From: a virus
Taxonomy: Duplodnaviria > Caudoviricetes
DNA length: 64,000 nt
Reading direction: 5' to 3' (one strand)
Virus record (IMG/VR): IMGVR_UViG_3300025858_000016
Span: 1 to 64,000 of that record
A model generated the notes under the pieces. The model did no database searches. It saw only the letters and a list, made by a program, of their open reading frames with translations, and was not told the origin of the DNA. This document shows, in pieces, positions 59,975 through 64,000 of this stretch (positions are counted from its first letter, which is position 1; each line of letters opens with the position of its first letter). Position numbers and translations under genes: made by a program.

Positions 59975-60005
59975 TTTGTTTGTGTTAATTATTATATTAA
60001 TTTTA
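59975..60005 (+). promoter_or_regulatory. Bacteroidota-like promoter (TTTG-N19-TAATTTTA)
   Basis: Matches TTTG-N19-21-TAnnTTTG except the final G is A; upstream of the DUF932 gene. Confidence 0.45.
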
Positions 60006-60048
60006 CCGTGTTAAATCATTCAAACATTAATTAAAAAAACTTAAGATC

Positions 60049-61035
60049 ATGTCACACAATTTAGCAATGGATTCAAAATCAGGGGAAGCTGCTCTCTATC
60101 TTTTACAGCAACCCGCTTGGCATAAATTAGGCCAGGTCGTTGAAGAAGCAAAAACTTCAGAAGAGGTTCTTAAAATTGCCCATCTTGACTGGGAAGTTGA
60201 GAAAATTCCTAATTTTGTTAGTGTTAATAATGAATGGAAAGAAAGTGGTTCATTTTCCACCATTCGTACTGATAATGGGGATATTCTTGGTAACATTTTC
60301 GGAAATCAGTATTCACCTGTTCAAAACAGGGAGGCTTTTGATTTTCTTGATTCTTTAGTGAAAGATCAAAAGGATATCGTTTATCATACTGCTGGTGCAC
60401 TCGGTAAGGGAGAAATTGTTTTCATTACTGCTAAACTTCCTAAATATCTTAAACTTGGTAAGTCAGATATTATGGAAGAATATCTATTGTTTTCAAATAC
60501 ACATAATGGAGCAGGGGGGTCTGTTCAGTTTACTAACATAAGAGTTGTTTGTAATAACACTTATGATATGGCAATGAAAGATTGTAAGAACAGAGTATCT
60601 TTACGTCATACTTCTGGTATTCATGATCGTCTCAAACTTGGCAGAGAGCTTATTGGTTTAGCTACTGAATGGTCAGATAAACTTGCTGAAGTATTACAAC
60701 AACTTGGTAAGATACAAATCAACGACACTCAGGCAAAGGACATTCTGAATCATACTTTTCTTACTTCAGAAGAGTATGCTACTTTAGCATTAGGAGAAAG
60801 TCTATCTACTCGTCGTTCGAATTTTATGCAGGAAGTTTACAATGCACTTTATTCAGCACCTGGTCAGAACATTGGTGAAGGTACTGGACTTTGGGTTTTA
60901 AATGGAGTAACGTCATTCCTTCAAAATGTAAAATCATACAAAACAGAAGATCGTAAGATGTCTGGTCTTATGTTTCGGGGCGAAGAATCTCTACAATCAC
61001 AGAAAGCATTTGATCAATTAGTATCAATGATATAA
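60049..61035 (+). CDS. DUF932 / phage-plasmid-like protein (TIGR03299-like)
   Basis: PAWHKLG, AHLDWEV, Y.PVQN.EAFDF, TAGAL..G, IRVVCNNT, RHT, W..NGVT. Confidence 0.8.
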   Translation: MSHNLAMDSKSGEAALYLLQQPAWHKLGQVVEEAKTSEEVLKIAHLDWEVEKIPNFVSVNNEWKESGSFSTIRTDNGDILGNIFGNQYSPVQNREAFDFLDSLVKDQKDIVYHTAGALGKGEIVFITAKLPKYLKLGKSDIMEEYLLFSNTHNGAGGSVQFTNIRVVCNNTYDMAMKDCKNRVSLRHTSGIHDRLKLGRELIGLATEWSDKLAEVLQQLGKIQINDTQAKDILNHTFLTSEEYATLALGESLSTRRSNFMQEVYNALYSAPGQNIGEGTGLWVLNGVTSFLQNVKSYKTEDRKMSGLMFRGEESLQSQKAFDQLVSMI

Positions 61036-61048
61036 TTTACGTAAATAC

Positions 61049-61075
61049 AGGTGGGAGATTCATCTCCCACCTTTT
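61049..61075 (+). terminator. Rho-independent terminator
   Basis: AGGTGGGAGAT/ATCTCCCACCT stem plus TTTT. Confidence 0.75.
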
Positions 61076-61100
61076 GTAAAACTATCAAAAACTAATAAAA

Positions 61101-61574
61101 ATGACAACACTTGATTTAGAACTTAGAGTTGAACAGTTGATTGACAATAGTGATAGAATCACCATTAATCAGATAGTAAATGAGTTTAAAGAGATTTCTG
61201 AAGATTTACGATCATGTATAAGATCAATAGTTAGTCAGTTGATTGTCAAGAAGAATCTTAAGACAGAGTTTGTAAATGGTAGACTATTTGTTACCAACAA
61301 ATCTGCTTTAGACAAAACTTCACAAGTAAAGTCTATTAAGCGATCTAATGGAGATGTAGATACAATTTCTCCTAAGTGTGTGCCAGCTGATGGGGATTGG
61401 ATTGTTTATTTAAGAGGAGATGATAAAGATCATATTTATGTTGATAAGAAATTCAATAGGACAGATGCCCGGTTGTTGTATTCTAAACTGAATAAAGTTG
61501 ATTACAAAAAAGTCAATATCAAAATGTATCATAAAAAAGATGTTCTGATTGTTGCCCCTTATCAGTGGGATTAA
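61101..61574 (+). CDS. Hypothetical protein (possible N-terminal winged helix)
   Basis: ORF with A-rich leader. Confidence 0.5.
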   Translation: MTTLDLELRVEQLIDNSDRITINQIVNEFKEISEDLRSCIRSIVSQLIVKKNLKTEFVNGRLFVTNKSALDKTSQVKSIKRSNGDVDTISPKCVPADGDWIVYLRGDDKDHIYVDKKFNRTDARLLYSKLNKVDYKKVNIKMYHKKDVLIVAPYQWD

Positions 61575-61584
61575 TATTTTTAAT

Positions 61585-61657
61585 GGTCTCGTAGCTCAGT
61601 GGATAGAGCAGCAGCCTTCTAAGCTGCGGGTCGTAGGTTCGAATCCTACCGGGGTCA
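61585..61657 (+). tRNA. tRNA-Arg (anticodon TCT)
   Basis: Cloverleaf: D-arm GCTC/GAGC, anticodon stem GCAGC-CTTCTAA-GCTGC, T-arm GTAGG-TTCGAAT-CCTAC; no encoded CCA. Confidence 0.92.
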
Positions 61658-61675
61658 CAAGTAAAAACTAAGATC

Positions 61676-63724
61676 ATGAAATCAATAAAAATACAACAAG
61701 AACAATCTAATATCGTAAAAGAATTAGTAGGTGAAATCCAGTATCTCAATGGAGAGTATCGAGCTGGTAATCCTCAGGTATCAGATGAAGAGTATGATGA
61801 ACTAATTGCAAAACTTGCATCAATTGATCCTGAAAATTCTATTCTAAAGAGGGGGATTATTGAGGAACAGAAAGACAATTCTCGTAAAAGAAAATTGCCT
61901 ATTCCAATGATGAGTATGAACAAATGTAAGACATTTGAAGAACTTAAAAGTTGGATTTACTCTACACTTAAAAAATTAAATTACTCTGATGAAGAAATTC
62001 AGAATGTAGAATTAGTTTTAACTCCTAAATATAATGGTATTTCTTTATTATATGATTCTAAAAACTTAGAAGCATTTACTAGAGGAGATGGGGAATTTGG
62101 TCAGAAATGTGATAATCATTTCTTAAAAATGGATATAAATTTTTCTGATGCTCCGGATATTTCAGATGGGACTTTTACTATAGGAGAAGCTATCATACCA
62201 ACTTCTATTTGGGAAAAAGAATTTAAAGGTAAAGTTTCTCCTACCGGATTACCATACAAATTGAATAATGCTACAGTAGCAGGTTTATTCAATTGTGATG
62301 AACCATCTGATATGTTACAGTATGTAACATTTATGAAATATGGTACACCAGTATTACCTCTTACTAATAAAGTTGAACAATTAGAGTATCTTAATGATAT
62401 TTCAACACTAAAAGTTGATTTTCTTAAATTAAAATTCAGTGATCTTACTGAAGATATTTGTGATTTGATTTTTAAAAAGAATTCTAAACTGCTTCCTATT
62501 GATGGAGTAGTTGTTGAATTCAATGATAGAGACATTCGAAATAAATTGGGAAGAGAGCCTAATGGTAACCCAGCATATGCTCGTGCATTAAAATTAGATA
62601 AATGGTCTGAAGAAAAAGATACAGTAATTACTGGTTATGATTTTCAAATTTCAAAACAAGGTAAATTAAAGGGGGTTGTCACATTTGACCCTGTACTTAT
62701 TAATGGTACAGATGTTAAACAAGCTACTTTTTATAATGTTAAATTTATACGTAAGTATTGTTTATTTCCTGGTGTGAATATAACAGTAAAGAAAAGTGGA
62801 GAAGTTATACCTAAAATAGTAGCTGTTGAAGGAATTAAATTGCCCACTGGATCAAATAGTGTTGAAGAATATGAGGTTAGTAAGAGGATATTTGAGACTG
62901 TTAAAGATAAGAAGTTTCCCAGTGATCAGGATATTATTAAATACTTCTTATCAACATTCTCCACTTGTCCATCATGTGGTTGTGGTTTAGTTGATGATGA
63001 TACTTTTGTTGAACGTATCTGTAGTAATCCTAATTGTAAAGATAAACTAATTTCTAAATTGGAGCATTTTGTTACTGTATTAGAAATTGAAGAAGTTGGT
63101 CGTCCTACTATTGAGGCAATGTTTGAAGCTGGTATTAATACTTGTGAAAAATTATATACTGTGTCAAAAAATGATTTAGCTAATATTTCAGGTTTTGGCG
63201 AATCAACAATTAACACTATCGTTTCCCAATTCACTAAAGTGAGAGAAAGGGGAATTTCACTTGCTAAGTTAATGTATGCATTGGATATTTTTGAAGGTAA
63301 GATTGGTGAAAAGACTACTCAATTAATATTTGATTCTCTTGATATTTTTCTCGAAGAGAACCAAACAATTGATAAACTAAATAAGATAAAAGGTGTATCT
63401 GATATTACTGCAGGAGTATTCTTAGAAGGACTTGAGAAAATTAGTTCTAACACACTTTCTCTTTATAACGTGAATATGGTTGAGACAATACAGATAGTTC
63501 CTTCTGGGGATAAATACCATGGTTTCTCAGTATGTTTCTCAGGTTTAAGAGATAAAGAACTTGAAAAGGTTATTATTGATAATGGAGGCAAGATTTCAGA
63601 TAGTGTGAGCAAAAATACTACACATCTTATTGTTGCTGATATTAATCAGCATACTAGTAAAACTGTCAAAGCCAAAGAAATTGGAATTTATATAATGAGT
63701 GTTGAACAATTCAAATCCATATAA
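61676..63724 (+). CDS. ligA: NAD+-dependent DNA ligase
   Basis: Y..G.P.VSD.EYD, KYNG, TRGDG, DGVV, SGEVIPKI, CPSC..C..C, C-terminal BRCT. Confidence 0.92.
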   Translation: MKSIKIQQEQSNIVKELVGEIQYLNGEYRAGNPQVSDEEYDELIAKLASIDPENSILKRGIIEEQKDNSRKRKLPIPMMSMNKCKTFEELKSWIYSTLKKLNYSDEEIQNVELVLTPKYNGISLLYDSKNLEAFTRGDGEFGQKCDNHFLKMDINFSDAPDISDGTFTIGEAIIPTSIWEKEFKGKVSPTGLPYKLNNATVAGLFNCDEPSDMLQYVTFMKYGTPVLPLTNKVEQLEYLNDISTLKVDFLKLKFSDLTEDICDLIFKKNSKLLPIDGVVVEFNDRDIRNKLGREPNGNPAYARALKLDKWSEEKDTVITGYDFQISKQGKLKGVVTFDPVLINGTDVKQATFYNVKFIRKYCLFPGVNITVKKSGEVIPKIVAVEGIKLPTGSNSVEEYEVSKRIFETVKDKKFPSDQDIIKYFLSTFSTCPSCGCGLVDDDTFVERICSNPNCKDKLISKLEHFVTVLEIEEVGRPTIEAMFEAGINTCEKLYTVSKNDLANISGFGESTINTIVSQFTKVRERGISLAKLMYALDIFEGKIGEKTTQLIFDSLDIFLEENQTIDKLNKIKGVSDITAGVFLEGLEKISSNTLSLYNVNMVETIQIVPSGDKYHGFSVCFSGLRDKELEKVIIDNGGKISDSVSKNTTHLIVADINQHTSKTVKAKEIGIYIMSVEQFKSI

Positions 63725-63726
63725 AA

Positions 63727-63948
63727 ATGACAACAAAAGAGCTTAAAAAGAAAGTCTATTCATCAAATGAATATGATGCATTACCTACACCTTGGGATGT
63801 TAAAGTTGTTCAGGAGACTCCTATTATCATAGATAGAGATGGTAATGAAGTTGCACAGGTAAGAATTTATGATAATGAAATGAATCCTTTATCAGAATTA
63901 GAGATTGTCGCAAATGTTAAAAGAATATTGATGAGTAATACTAAATAG
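63727..63948 (+). CDS. Hypothetical protein
   Basis: ORF only. Confidence 0.5.
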   Translation: MTTKELKKKVYSSNEYDALPTPWDVKVVQETPIIIDRDGNEVAQVRIYDNEMNPLSELEIVANVKRILMSNTK

Positions 63949-63950
63949 TC

Positions 63951-64000
63951 ATGAATCAGAAAGAAAGAAGAATTTTACAAGAGTTTCCTAAAAAACTTGA
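63951..64000 (+). CDS. Hypothetical protein, truncated by window end
   Basis: ATG 63951, open to the window edge (MNQKERRILQEFPKKL). Confidence 0.35.
   Translation, partial: MNQKERRILQEFPKKL

Noticed and set aside
61519-61749. Minus-strand 76-aa ORF
   Set aside because: Antisense translation of the tRNA (PGRIRTYDPQLRRLLLYPLSY is a typical tRNA shadow).
654-63234. Minus-strand ORFs and short alternate-frame plus ORFs in the track
   Set aside because: Nearly all are shadows of longer plus-strand genes, with Ser/Phe/Ile-rich antisense composition and no motifs.
1-64000. DGR reverse transcriptase or template repeat inside the window
   Set aside because: No ORF with RT motifs and no second non-coding copy of the repeat was found by eye; intergenic gaps are short.
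1-64000. Stop-codon reassignment
   Set aside because: Standard code gives dense, full-length genes ending in TAA, TAG and TGA.

Overview
The window is a 64-kb piece of a large, AT-rich dsDNA myovirus genome. Every credible gene is on the + strand, and no integrase, reverse transcriptase or CRISPR array is visible. (1) 1-34.2 kb is an SPO1/Twort-like (Herelleviridae-type) morphogenesis module: prohead protease, scaffold, major capsid, neck, sheath, tube, tape measure, hub and baseplate. It is interrupted by an accessory adhesin/fibre island (about 9.1-14.2 kb) and a holin-M15 endolysin-spanin-like lysis cassette. (2) 34.3-41.2 kb holds an HNH-like nuclease, a DEDDh exonuclease, a large terminase displaced from the head genes, a helicase and a primase. 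(3) 41.2-48.8 kb is a 7-deazaguanine (preQ1) and nucleotide-remodelling cluster: queD, queE, folE, MazG-like, dUTPase, TGT/DpdA-like, P-loop kinase, queF, queC, DUF1599-like and thyX. (4) 48.8-64 kb carries dnaE, SSB, sbcD-recA-sbcC, RuvC-like, DUF932, tRNA-Arg(UCU) and an NAD-dependent ligase. The host is inferred to be Bacteroidota, from the lack of Shine-Dalgarno sequences, a Gln+1 signal peptide, FISUMP/LamG/PL9 domains and promoter shape. The strongest unexpected signal is a 17 x 27-bp in-frame tandem array in a fibre gene whose variation has the adenine-directed, NNC-codon pattern of diversity-generating retroelement mutagenesis, although no RT or template lies in this window. Other leads are a probable nucleotide-level 7-deazaguanine substitution pathway, two circularly permuted FISUMP domains, signal-peptide-bearing adhesin/lyase genes beside the lysis genes, a head polyprotein full of prohead-protease sites, and a Fur-like 9-1-9 operator at identical spacing upstream of two promoters. 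All family assignments come from motif recognition by eye; no database searches were run.
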